Shown: positions 1-10,596, counted from the stretch's first letter. The stretch: DNA of 52,507 nucleotides from Rickettsiales bacterium (GCA_044355085.1 JBIKYU010000004.1:1-52507); one strand, 5' to 3'. Notes: generated from the letters alone by a model not told the origin. A program made the numbers and translations.

Positions 1-87
1 GCACAAAACCTCAATCGTCTCATGGCCAGAAGCCCCTTCCTGCAACAACTTCACAATCTGTGATTCACTCAATTTATGCTGCTTCAT
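1..87 (-). CDS. IS3-family transposase OrfA, N-terminus (partial)
   Basis: Hand translation MKQHKLSESQIVKLLQEGASGHETIEVLC matches the OrfA HTH start pattern (MKxxxFSExQIxxxLxExxxGxxxxxLC). Absent from the ORF track because it runs off the window. Confidence 0.85.
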   Translation of the reverse strand, partial: MKQHKLSESQIVKLLQEGASGHETIEVLC

Positions 88-160
88 AGAAAATCTCCTT
101 GCTTCTTTAATTACAAGAAAATCCTCCAGTTACAATCGGATCTATTCTAGGGGAGGGTTA
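1..160 (-). mobile_element. Left end of IS3-family insertion sequence (IS407-group-like), truncated by window edge
   Basis: Minus strand reads TAACCCTCCCCTAGAATAGATCC from 160, resembling an IS3/IS407-group terminal IR, followed by an AAGGAG RBS and an OrfA-type start at 87. Confidence 0.8.
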
Positions 161-402
161 GCGCCACACCAAGATTTTCGCTTACAAAGGCTTTTAGCAT
201 GTTCCAGTCAGAATTATTAAATGGTTTCAAATGCTTTTGCGCGTAGACAGTACTAAGGGATTTTAAGACCCCCCTTTTTTTCTGAAAGATAACAAGCCCG
301 TGTAAACTTTTGTGTAGATTTTGTAAAAAGTAACGCAAAAGTAGAAAAAGTTGGTTGACGGAATAGGTGGAAGAAACGTAGAGTCTGTTGAGAGAGAGAG
401 CA

Positions 403-432
403 GGGGCACCCTTCGGGGTGCCCTTTGTTTTT
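403..432 (+). terminator. Intrinsic terminator with cUUCGg tetraloop
   Basis: GGGGCACCC-TTCG-GGGTGCCCT followed by TTGTTTTT. The U-tract is present only on the + strand. Confidence 0.8.
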
Positions 433-452
433 GAAAATGAACCTGCTGAAAT

Positions 453-1234
453 CTAGGCAGTGGCCTGATCTAGGGCGATTTTGTATCCTGCACTTGAAAA
501 TAATTTCCAATCATTTTTGTAGAATGTTTCGAGGTGATTCTCTGTTGGGAAGCTGTAGTAAGATTCTCCTTCTGGTTGAGCCGAGGTGCTTGGAAAGCGG
601 CTTGATAGTATTTGTGTTAGTGCATCTTCAAAAATTTTGATTCCACCTGCATAAAGTTTTGCCACATTGCCGATATAGCAAAGCGAGCGGTCAAGTGGCT
701 GGCGGTGAATCGCCACAATATCTCCAGTGTCGATAGTGGCGTCTTGGATCCAGTGGAGGCTGCAGCCGATTTCAGAATCGTTGTTATGCATGGCCCAAAA
801 ACTAGGCATAACTCCGCGATAATTGGGTAAAATTCCCGAATGAAGATTGAGAATTCCAAGGCTGCTGGTAGCAATCATTTCGCTTGAGAAAATCATACCG
901 AAACGAATAGAGATAATTAAATCAGGGCAATAAATTTGCAGTAATTTTAGTGCGCGGGTTTTTTCGTTGGGCAAAAAATATGCAAGAGAGGCCGAATTTT
1001 TTTCGGCTAAATCTTGGAAGCTGATTGCGTTTGGTAGGGTTTCGAAAGGCACGATTTTTTCGAGGAAAGAGAGCATATGTAGTGGAGATGGACCACAGAG
1101 CTGGCGATGCTGCCAACGTGCTCAGTGACAAAAAAATGCAGCTTGTGATTAGCAAGAAGTGGCAAGAGACGGCGCGCGCAATAATAGCTGTGAATATCTT
1201 GGTTCAGACAAATGATAATTTTTTGCGAAGACAT
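453..1234 (-). pseudogene. Formyltransferase-family gene split by a frameshift (pseudogene or sequence error)
   Basis: 453..1076 has NLHSGILPNYRG and IDTGDIV formyltransferase motifs but lacks the N-terminal strand/helix. That part is in ORF 1007..1234 (MSSQKIIICLNQDI...HFFVTEHVG) in another frame. Confidence 0.7.
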
Positions 1235-1262
1235 TTTTTTCTCGAATTTATAGTTAATAAAA

Positions 1263-1745
1263 CTATGTGCTGATTGTTGGCGTAACTGGCGTGATTAGGC
1301 AGATATTGCCTTCTAGACCTGTGATTTTTACTTCGCCGCCCACGTCGATATTGGTGCTGATGTGAGGCTCGAGGCGAGCTTTGCAAATGCGATTAGATAC
1401 GCGCACAGTACCAGTTTGCGAAGGTGTGATGTTGTTGTAGATAACAACAGCTTTGGTGCCAATCATTCCTGTGGAGAAATCGTTTTTAGTTATTCGCCTG
1501 ATAATTTTCTGCTGTGTAAGAAGTAAAATTGCAAAAAAAGTAAAAATAAGAATCGATAAAACAAATTGTGGCAGAGATAATTTGGCGTCGATGATTGAAT
1601 AGTTTATGAAGCCTGCAAGCGCGAAAGAGCTTAGGCTTGCTGCGCTCAAAAAAATTGGAAAACGCATGTAAAAAGCTGCGCTTCCAAATATCAGTCCAAT
1701 AATTATAAAAAAAATCGCGACGTGACTTGTGAGGATTTCAAACAT
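1263..1745 (-). CDS. NfeD-family membrane protein
   Basis: Three hydrophobic helices followed by an OB-fold-like C-terminus (MIGTKAVV...GTVRV...GGEVKITGLEGNICLI). Confidence 0.75.
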   Translation of the reverse strand: MFEILTSHVAIFFIIIGLIFGSAAFYMRFPIFLSAASLSSFALAGFINYSIIDAKLSLPQFVLSILIFTFFAILLLTQQKIIRRITKNDFSTGMIGTKAVVIYNNITPSQTGTVRVSNRICKARLEPHISTNIDVGGEVKITGLEGNICLITPVTPTIST

Positions 1746-1840
1746 TTTGTTTTAGAATTTTAAAATAAAGTTGCGGGAGCATGATTTCTTGCAAAGAGAT
1801 TTATACACGCGCATTATTTTCAAGCAACAAGGGGAATTAA

Positions 1841-3670
1841 ATGGCGACTGTGGTCGTAAATATTGATGAAGCATCGCTGAATTTTGGCGGAAAACCATTG
1901 TTTGAGAATTTGTCTTTGGCAATTCACGCGGGAGAAAAACTTTGCTTGGTCGGTCGTAATGGCGCGGGAAAAACAACTCTGATGCGGCTTTTGGCAGGTG
2001 AGATAGATCCAGATTCCGGCAGCAGATTTATTTTGCCTGGTATAAAAGTCGGTTATTTGGCGCAATCTTTCCGCGTGACAGAAATACAAGGTACGGTGCG
2101 TGAGTTTATTCTCTCTGGTTTACCAGAGATTGAGCGGACGGAGGCGCATTATTATCGCGCTGATAAAGTGATGGAGCCGCTTGAGCTTGAATCGGATTGG
2201 TTGCTTAAAACCTTGTCTGGCGGCCAATTACGGCGTGCAGCATTAGCAAGAGCACTAGTTACAGAGCCAGATTTTTTGATGCTTGATGAGCCGACAAATC
2301 ATTTGGATTTGGGCGGTATTGAATGGCTTGAGACGTATCTTGCAAATTATCCTGGCGCGGTTTTATGCGTGAGCCATGACCGAGTTTTCTTGCGCAATAT
2401 TGCGCGTAAAGTTGTGTGGCTTGATCGCGGCTTTGTAAGAATTTCTCCAAAAGGTTATGCGGAATTTGATGATTGGGCCGATGCAATTTTGGAACAAGAA
2501 GCACGCGCATTACAAAATGCACAAAAAAAACTGGAGCTAGAAGAACATTGGCTGCAGGGCGGTGTGACGGCGCGGCGCAAACGGAATATGCAGAGAATGC
2601 GGGAATTGCTGAATTTGCGAGAGCAATTGAAGCAAGATCGTAATTCATTAAAGCAAATGAAGGCGGTGATTGAGGTCGATATTCACAAGCATGAATTAGC
2701 GGCAAATATTGTGGCTGAATTTCGCAATGTTACAAAAACTTTTGTGCAGGATCAGCGTAGCATATCGATTCTAGATGATTTTAGTTTGCGTTTAGTGCGT
2801 GGCGATAGATTAGGAATCGTTGGTAAAAACGGCTCGGGGAAATCAAGTTTTTTGAAAATGCTGATTGGTGAAATGGAGGGAGATTCTGGTCAAATAAAGC
2901 GTGGAAAGCGTAGTGTTTTTTCGTTCTTCGACCAGCAGAGAATGGCGCTAAATCCTGATGATACCTTAAAGGAAGCGTTGTGCGTTGGTGGTGGAGATCA
3001 TGTTTATTTGCAGCGTGATGGTGCATTAGTTCCGCGTCATGTGTGCGGCTATTTGAAAGAATTTTTATTTGATCCAAAGAGTTCTACAGACAAAATTAGT
3101 ACGCTTTCTGGTGGTCAGCAGCATCGCCTGATGTTGGCTAAAACTCTAATGAATCCAGGAAATGTTTTGATTCTAGATGAGCCAACTAATGATCTTGATA
3201 TGGACACTCTAGATCGTTTGCAGGAAATACTTGATGCGTATGAAGGCACGTTGATTTTAGTTAGTCATGATCGTGATTTTTTAGACAGAACTGTACATAA
3301 ATTATTGGTTTTTGAGGGCGACGGAAAAGTTAGTTCCGTGATCGGTGGATATAGCGATTATTTGGCGCAGAAAAAAAATGATGTTTTAAATTCGCGCGCT
3401 AAAAGCGAAAATATTACCGAGCGTAGAGACAATAAAAAAAGCGGCAAATTTTCTTATAATTTAGAGCGTGAATGGCAGATGCTGCCTGATAAAATCGCTG
3501 CTCTTGAATTAGAAATTAATGAACTAAAACACAGTCTTTCTGATCAAGATTTATATACGAGCAACGCAAAATTATTTGATGAAATAAGCGCTCGTTTTGC
3601 GCAGGCGCAAGCAGAGCTGCAAACAGCAGAGAATAGATGGTTAGAGCTTGCAGAAATGCGCGAGCAATAA
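1841..3670 (+). CDS. uup: ABC-F family ATP-binding protein (Uup-like)
   Basis: Two ABC domains (GRNGAGKT, LSGGQ, LDEPTN; GKNGSGKS), linker GVTARRKRN, C-terminal coiled coil ending RWLELAE, no TM segments. Confidence 0.9.
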   Translation: MATVVVNIDEASLNFGGKPLFENLSLAIHAGEKLCLVGRNGAGKTTLMRLLAGEIDPDSGSRFILPGIKVGYLAQSFRVTEIQGTVREFILSGLPEIERTEAHYYRADKVMEPLELESDWLLKTLSGGQLRRAALARALVTEPDFLMLDEPTNHLDLGGIEWLETYLANYPGAVLCVSHDRVFLRNIARKVVWLDRGFVRISPKGYAEFDDWADAILEQEARALQNAQKKLELEEHWLQGGVTARRKRNMQRMRELLNLREQLKQDRNSLKQMKAVIEVDIHKHELAANIVAEFRNVTKTFVQDQRSISILDDFSLRLVRGDRLGIVGKNGSGKSSFLKMLIGEMEGDSGQIKRGKRSVFSFFDQQRMALNPDDTLKEALCVGGGDHVYLQRDGALVPRHVCGYLKEFLFDPKSSTDKISTLSGGQQHRLMLAKTLMNPGNVLILDEPTNDLDMDTLDRLQEILDAYEGTLILVSHDRDFLDRTVHKLLVFEGDGKVSSVIGGYSDYLAQKKNDVLNSRAKSENITERRDNKKSGKFSYNLEREWQMLPDKIAALELEINELKHSLSDQDLYTSNAKLFDEISARFAQAQAELQTAENRWLELAEMREQ

Positions 3671-3775
3671 AAATATGGTAAGTAGCAAAATTTGGCCAAG
3701 CTGGTTTTGAATCCAGGATTGTTCCACTAAAAGATTTTTAGCAGAAATAATTTTCTCGATAAAAATGTGGAAATA

Positions 3776-3807
3776 AAAAAGGCGGAGCCCAGAGGCCCCG
3801 CCTTTTT
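3776..3807 (-). terminator. Intrinsic terminator of groESL, probably bidirectional
   Basis: Minus strand GGCGGGGCC-TCTG-GGCTCCGCC-TTTTTT with A/T tracts on both sides, between convergent uup and groEL. Confidence 0.85.
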
Positions 3808-3895
3808 CTTTGATTCTAGCTTGATATTTATGCAGGTTTTTTTGCGCAGAGGCAGAAAAAATGCATAAAAATATGAAGCGAATTGGAGCTGCGGA

Positions 3896-5578
<1,683 letters not shown>

Positions 5579-5878
5579 TTAAGCGGCAAGAACGCCGAGA
5601 ATGTCTGATTCTTTCAAAATAAGGTAATCTTGACCGTCAACTTTGACTTCTGATCCGCCCCATTTTGCGAACAGTACAACATCGCCCACTTTTACATCGA
5701 GCGGAACGACTTTACCGGACTCATCGCGCGCGCCATTGCCAACCGCAACTATGCGTCCTTTTGTTGGTTTTTCTTTTGCTGTATCAGGAATGATGATTCC
5801 GCCTGATGTACGTTCTTCTTCTTCCACTCGTTGCACGAGCACGCGGTCATGCAACGGACGAATAGCGATAGATGCCAT
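5579..5878 (-). CDS. groES: Co-chaperonin GroES
   Basis: [30 protein letters not shown]; directly upstream of groEL. Confidence 0.99.
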   Translation of the reverse strand: MASIAIRPLHDRVLVQRVEEEERTSGGIIIPDTAKEKPTKGRIVAVGNGARDESGKVVPLDVKVGDVVLFAKWGGSEVKVDGQDYLILKESDILGVLAA

Positions 5879-5980
5879 ATTGTAAGACTCCAGATAAGTG
5901 ATTTACCGAGTGCAAAACCGTCATTGGAAATGCACAGATTGCCTAAGTTTTAGGGCGAAGCCCTGTCGAAAGCGGGGCCT

Positions 5981-6009
5981 ATATAGGACCACCAATCAAC
6001 CCTTTCAAG
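5981..6009 (-). promoter_or_regulatory. RpoH (sigma-32) promoter of groESL
   Basis: Minus strand CTTGAA-N16-CCTATAT, matching the alphaproteobacterial RpoH consensus. Confidence 0.8.
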
Positions 6010-6093
6010 GGCAGGGGCAATAATTTTTTTGCTCAAGCATTTTTTTTTAAGTATGAAGACGCGCAACTTTAACTCAATTTATGCCGATAATTT

Positions 6094-6756
6094 ATGCTGA
6101 ATATTGCCGTTATTTTATCTGGTTGCGGACATCTCGATGGCGCAGAAATCCGAGAATCTGTCTGTAGTTTATTGGCGCTTGATCGCGCGAATGCAGAAGT
6201 TTCTGTTTTCGCACCAAACCGTCAACAGTTTCATAGTGTTAATCATTTGAACGGCACAGAAACAGACGATAATCGCAATATTCTTGTTGAGGCTGCACGC
6301 ATTGCGAGGGGAAAAATAGCGCCGCTTGAAGATTTAGATGTGCAGAATTTTTCTGCGCTGATTCTGCCTGGTGGTTTTGGAGCAGCAAAAAATTTTTCAG
6401 ACATTGCTATAAAAGGTGGGGAAGCAAGAGCAGAAGCTGATGTAGCGATGGTAATTCAAGATTTTTTCAAACAAAAAAAACCAATCGGCGCAATTTGTAT
6501 TGCTCCTGCTTTGGTAACATTGGCGCTTAGAAATTTAACTACAGCTAAAGTTACATTAGGTGATGCTTCGAACGCGGCTTTGATTGAGGCTTTGGGCGGA
6601 CATCACGTTGCTTGTGTAACCAATGAAATTTGTATTGATGAAAAAAATCGCCTTGTCAGCTGCTCTGCTTATATGCGTGATGATAGGCTTTCTTTTGTTG
6701 CAGAAGGGATCGACAAATTGGTCGCTGCTGTACTAACTCTGATAGAAAATAAATGA
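6094..6756 (+). CDS. elbB: DJ-1/PfpI-family glyoxalase ElbB
   Basis: ILSGCGHLDGAEIRE, EAARIARG, PGGFGAAKN, GAICIAP motifs. Confidence 0.92.
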   Translation: MLNIAVILSGCGHLDGAEIRESVCSLLALDRANAEVSVFAPNRQQFHSVNHLNGTETDDNRNILVEAARIARGKIAPLEDLDVQNFSALILPGGFGAAKNFSDIAIKGGEARAEADVAMVIQDFFKQKKPIGAICIAPALVTLALRNLTTAKVTLGDASNAALIEALGGHHVACVTNEICIDEKNRLVSCSAYMRDDRLSFVAEGIDKLVAAVLTLIENK

Positions 6757-7781
6757 GCACAAACAGCATCAAAAAATATTTTTTTCGTGGAGCCGTTGCG
6801 GCAATTTTTCTGTTTTTTCTCAGCATGACAAATGGCGCTAATGCAACCGTAATTTTGCCGAATAAAATTACGCCAGAGGCGGAAAAAGAAAACACTAAAT
6901 CTGAGGCGGAAAAAGAAATCAAAGCGCAGGAGGAGCAATCAGGCCAGGAAAAAACAGCAATTCAAATTCCAGCCGCAGTCACGCCATGTGCGCCAACAGC
7001 AAGAGTTGCGCCTGAAAATCTGCCAGAAAAAATAAGCTCCAACAGCAATTTAAGACGTAAGCCTGGTCAAGCAGAAGTCGCAAAGGGCAATTTTATTTTG
7101 CTGGAAGGAGAAATATTAGATTCTTTCTGTTTACCCATTCCAAATGCCGTTATTACTTTGTGGCAGCGTGATAGTGACGGTTTTTTGTTATCTGATTACA
7201 GCAAGGCAGAGGTGCCTGATAATACGAAGCTGGCGGAAGAAAAGAAAGCTGCAGAGCAAAAAACAGCAGATGAGCAAAAAACTGCAGATGAGCAAAAAAC
7301 TGCAGATGAGCAAAAAACTGCAGAAAAAATTTCAGAAGAAAAACCTCACGCAGAAAAAGCTGAAATTGGAGCGGCAGAAAAAACCGCTGCTGTTGTGGCT
7401 ATTGATTACGCGCCGCAGCCGATAGTTTCTCTGCCAGAAAATGCGAAGCCCGATAGTTTTTTTGCTTATTCTGGGCGAGCAACAACAGATAATGCAGGCC
7501 GTTTTCGCTTTTTAACGATCATGCCAGGAGCAGTAAAACCTTATGCTCCAGCCATTTTTATTCAAGTGCATCACAAAGAATTTCCACTTTTTAGCAGTCG
7601 TTTTATTTTTGCAAATCATTCGCTAAATAACAGTGATCCGTTGCTTAAAACTACGCCGCCATCAAGCGAGAAAGACGTTAGTTTGTCTGGCTTTCCAGTA
7701 AGTGTGAATAACCCTGCTCTGGGTCGAAGCTATATGATGCGGATAGTGCTTGATGGGAAAATTAGCTTCGAAAGATTTTAA
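6753..7781 (+). CDS. Exported intradiol ring-cleavage dioxygenase-like protein, apparently lacking iron ligands
   Basis: Signal-peptide-like N-terminus; fold motifs GEILDSFCLPIPNAVITLWQRD, GRATTDNAGRFRFLTIMPG; ATGA overlap with elbB. Confidence 0.75.
   Translation: MSTNSIKKYFFRGAVAAIFLFFLSMTNGANATVILPNKITPEAEKENTKSEAEKEIKAQEEQSGQEKTAIQIPAAVTPCAPTARVAPENLPEKISSNSNLRRKPGQAEVAKGNFILLEGEILDSFCLPIPNAVITLWQRDSDGFLLSDYSKAEVPDNTKLAEEKKAAEQKTADEQKTADEQKTADEQKTAEKISEEKPHAEKAEIGAAEKTAAVVAIDYAPQPIVSLPENAKPDSFFAYSGRATTDNAGRFRFLTIMPGAVKPYAPAIFIQVHHKEFPLFSSRFIFANHSLNNSDPLLKTTPPSSEKDVSLSGFPVSVNNPALGRSYMMRIVLDGKISFERF
7254..7325 (+). repeat. In-frame 18-bp tandem repeat x4 (EQKTAD)
   Basis: GAGCAAAAAAC(A/T)GCAGA(T/A) at 7254, 7272, 7290, 7308. 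Confidence 0.95.
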
Positions 7782-7834
7782 AATCTTTGCCGAATTTTTC
7801 CGTACAATTAAGTTGGCATCAGAAAATAACAAAT

Positions 7835-8566
7835 TTATGAGCCGTAGCTGCGGACTAAGCTTCCTGCCAGCATGTACCAGCCGTCAACGAGAACAAAAAA
7901 TATCAGCTTGAAAGGCAGAGAAATCATCACTGGTGGTAGCATCATCATTCCCATTGCCATTAATGTTGAAGCGACCATCATGTCGATAACCAAAAATGGA
8001 ATGAAAAGTAAAAATCCAATCTCAAAAGCGCGGCGCAATTCGCTAATCATAAAAGCGGGGATAACAGCGCGCCAGGGCAGGAGCTCAGCTTTTTCAACGG
8101 GTTTTATGTTTCCTAATTCTAGAAATAAAGCGATGTCTTTTTCGCGCGTATGCGTAATCATAAATTGATGGAAAGGCCTGGTAATTGGCTCGATTGCGTT
8201 TTCTTCGGTGATTTTTTTTTGAATAAGCGGTTGTATGCCTTGCGTATAAGATTTTTCAAAAACTGGTGTCATGATAAAAAATGTTAGAAAAAGCGCCAAG
8301 CTAACCATAACCATATTCGGTGGCGATTGTTGTAGACCAAGCGCGCTTCGTAAAATCGACAGCACAACGATAATGCGTGTGAATGAGGTGACCATCACCA
8401 AAATTGATGGCGCTAAGCCAATCACAGTAATAATTGCAATCAGCTGAATCATATTGGCTGCGACCGAATCGCGGCTGCCAAGATCAACAGAAATTGTTTG
8501 TGCAAAAGCCTCTGGGCTAGAAAATAAAAAACCTAGAGCTAGGCAAGTTAACAACCATAATCGCAT
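7835..8566 (-). CDS. fliP: Flagellar export apparatus protein FliP
   Basis: TSFTRIIVVLSILRSALGLQQSPPN, PAFMISELRRAFEIGF, GMMMLPP, LPFKLIFFVLVDGW. Confidence 0.98.
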   Translation of the reverse strand: MRLWLLTCLALGFLFSSPEAFAQTISVDLGSRDSVAANMIQLIAIITVIGLAPSILVMVTSFTRIIVVLSILRSALGLQQSPPNMVMVSLALFLTFFIMTPVFEKSYTQGIQPLIQKKITEENAIEPITRPFHQFMITHTREKDIALFLELGNIKPVEKAELLPWRAVIPAFMISELRRAFEIGFLLFIPFLVIDMMVASTLMAMGMMMLPPVMISLPFKLIFFVLVDGWYMLAGSLVRSYGS

Positions 8567-8580
8567 GTTAAAAGCCTTTA

Positions 8581-9147
8581 TTAAGATGAGGATTTGCGAG
8601 CGTTTCCACGCTTGCGTGCGGGGCGCTTGCGAGTGGGTGAGGTTTTTTGCGCATTGTTTGCAGAAAATTCGCTGCTGTTTTCTTCCGGGGCATGAGCTGC
8701 AGAGAAATTTTCATTACTATCATCATCTTCATCAGCATAAATTGTTGCAGAATTTTCTGCGTCTGTTTCTTCAATTTCTGCTACAAAATTTCTGCTGCTA
8801 GTTTGAGTGTAAGGCTCGTTTTGTGGCCATTTTGGCGGCATGTGCGGCTGATCAAAATCCTCTGAAAGATCGTGGATTTTAGTTTTTAAATCATAAGCAT
8901 CTACGAGGATCTCTCCGTCAACACCAAGCAATATCACATATTCCCGCGTGGCATTTTCATTTTCTACGCGCAACAAACGACGCTTTTGATCAATCATCAA
9001 TCCTTCGATAATACGTAGTTTTTTGTCGCGCTTACGATTGGAGCCGTTTTTTTCTCCCGCACGACGCACTAATAAAGCCAAGCCATAGATACAGCCAACA
9101 ACTAACAACAAAGCGGCTATGCTGCGCAAAACCAATACGATATCCAT
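8581..9147 (-). CDS. fliO: FliO-like flagellar biosynthesis protein with acidic/basic disordered tail
   Basis: Single N-terminal TM, then LRIIEGLMIDQKRRLLRV...EYVILLG; immediately upstream of fliP. Confidence 0.75.
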   Translation of the reverse strand: MDIVLVLRSIAALLLVVGCIYGLALLVRRAGEKNGSNRKRDKKLRIIEGLMIDQKRRLLRVENENATREYVILLGVDGEILVDAYDLKTKIHDLSEDFDQPHMPPKWPQNEPYTQTSSRNFVAEIEETDAENSATIYADEDDDSNENFSAAHAPEENSSEFSANNAQKTSPTRKRPARKRGNARKSSS

Positions 9148-9165
9148 TCTGCTTTCTCCCTGTGG

Positions 9166-9504
9166 TTATTCTATTGGTTGTTTCTGTGGCAATAAATGCG
9201 TGGCCTGAACATAAGCGCGCTGGCCAAAATTGCGCTTTGTTGCTGCATCTATGGAAGCGGCAATATTACTCTGCTGCTCCTGTAGCATGATTGTGATGGC
9301 GCTAATTTTTGAAACTAGCATTTCAACACTTTCTTGGTACTCACGCGCTACAGCGCTGGGCATTTTCTGTATTTCATCGCAAATATTTGCGGCTTCATCT
9401 TCTAATCCTGCGAGAGAAACAGCTCCGCCAGATGCAAGGATTTGCTGATGTTCATCGAGTGTTTGCGCTAATTTTTGTATGCGCGTGTGAATTATATTGC
9501 TCAT
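9166..9504 (-). CDS. Hypothetical helical protein upstream of fliO-fliP
   Basis: AGGAG RBS, 112 aa, coiled-coil-like, 18-bp gap to fliO. Confidence 0.7.
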   Translation of the reverse strand: MSNIIHTRIQKLAQTLDEHQQILASGGAVSLAGLEDEAANICDEIQKMPSAVAREYQESVEMLVSKISAITIMLQEQQSNIAASIDAATKRNFGQRAYVQATHLLPQKQPIE

Positions 9505-9603
9505 AATTTTTTCTCCTTTTGCAGTGATAAAATCAGAAGCAACATGCAGGACAAATTATTGCTGTGCATGTTCTTATTCAAAGGTCAGAAAAACGCTGGC
9601 ACT

Positions 9604-10533
9604 CTATGTAGGAAACAAAGCGCGCGCAAGTTGAATCAGCAAAGGAATACTGAGCATCGATACAATTGTTTCTAAAGTGACGATTGCTGATGCCATTGGC
9701 ACATTGCCGCCAAATCTTGCAGCTAAAACTGTTGCTGCTGCGGCTGCTGGTAAGGTTGCATAAAGCACAACTACTTGCGCTGCTAAGCCACTCACGCCAA
9801 ACCATGAAATTAGAACCATCACCGAAAGTGGCATCAATAATAATTTTGTGACGGAAGATAAAATCATTGGCCATTCATAACCGCGCACTGCTTTGATATT
9901 TAAGGCGGCGCCTACAACCATTAATCCTATTGGCGCTGAGGCATTAGCAACTAAATTCAGAGCAGAAGCAAAAACTTTTGGAAGCGGGAAGCCAGATATA
10001 AGCCACAGCATTCCAAGTAAACAGGCGAGTACTTGCGGCGAGGTCAAAACATTTTTCAAAATTTTTAGCGGATGAAAAATTTTCTGCGTCGATAAAATCG
10101 ATAGCATTGTTACGACTAAAATATTTATGAATGGCACGATAAACGCAATCATCATCGCGTAAATAGCAACGCCTTTAAGCCCGTATAAAGCCAGAACGCA
10201 AGGCATGCCAACATAGCCAACATTCGCATGCACAGCGCCTTGGAAAATCGAGGCAAACTCGGCGTTTTCTATCGAGTAGCGCGCGCGCATAAACCATAGA
10301 AATGCCGATACAGACAAAGTTGCAATGACAACCGCAACAACAAGCGGCGCTACTTGCGCGATGTTGAGCTGGGAGTTAGCAATGCTATAAAATAACAAAA
10401 TGGGCAGAAGGACGCGATAGACAAGCATCTCGGCGCCGCGCCAAAACTCTGCCGCGAAAACACCGAAATGTCGCAGGCAATAACCAAGCACAATTACCAA
10501 AAAAACTGGCAATATTACTACGACTACAGACAT
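9604..10533 (-). CDS. AEC (auxin efflux carrier)-family transporter
   Basis: About 10 TM helices, ILPVFLVIVLGY, NVGYVGMP, KLLLMP. Start moved to ATG 10533 behind GGAGAG. Confidence 0.88.
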   Translation of the reverse strand: MSVVVVILPVFLVIVLGYCLRHFGVFAAEFWRGAEMLVYRVLLPILLFYSIANSQLNIAQVAPLVVAVVIATLSVSAFLWFMRARYSIENAEFASIFQGAVHANVGYVGMPCVLALYGLKGVAIYAMMIAFIVPFINILVVTMLSILSTQKIFHPLKILKNVLTSPQVLACLLGMLWLISGFPLPKVFASALNLVANASAPIGLMVVGAALNIKAVRGYEWPMILSSVTKLLLMPLSVMVLISWFGVSGLAAQVVVLYATLPAAAAATVLAARFGGNVPMASAIVTLETIVSMLSIPLLIQLARALFPT

Positions 10534-10596
10534 TTCTCTCCCCAATAAAAAAAGAGAGAGTGACAGATCTAAGGTTTCGACAGGCTAGGACAAAAC

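Noticed and set aside
355-400. Pairing between the purine-rich loop of the first sRNA candidate and the UUCC loop at 22310-22350
   Set aside because: Complementary stretches are only about 6-7 nt in low-complexity sequence, which is expected by chance.
5881-5917. CIRCE operator upstream of groES
   Set aside because: Only one arm (TTTGCACTC) is present; no GAGTGCTAA at the required 9-bp spacing.
7144-7425. ORF with LQMSKK repeats
   Set aside because: Alternate-frame reading of the 18-bp VNTR in the dioxygenase-like gene.
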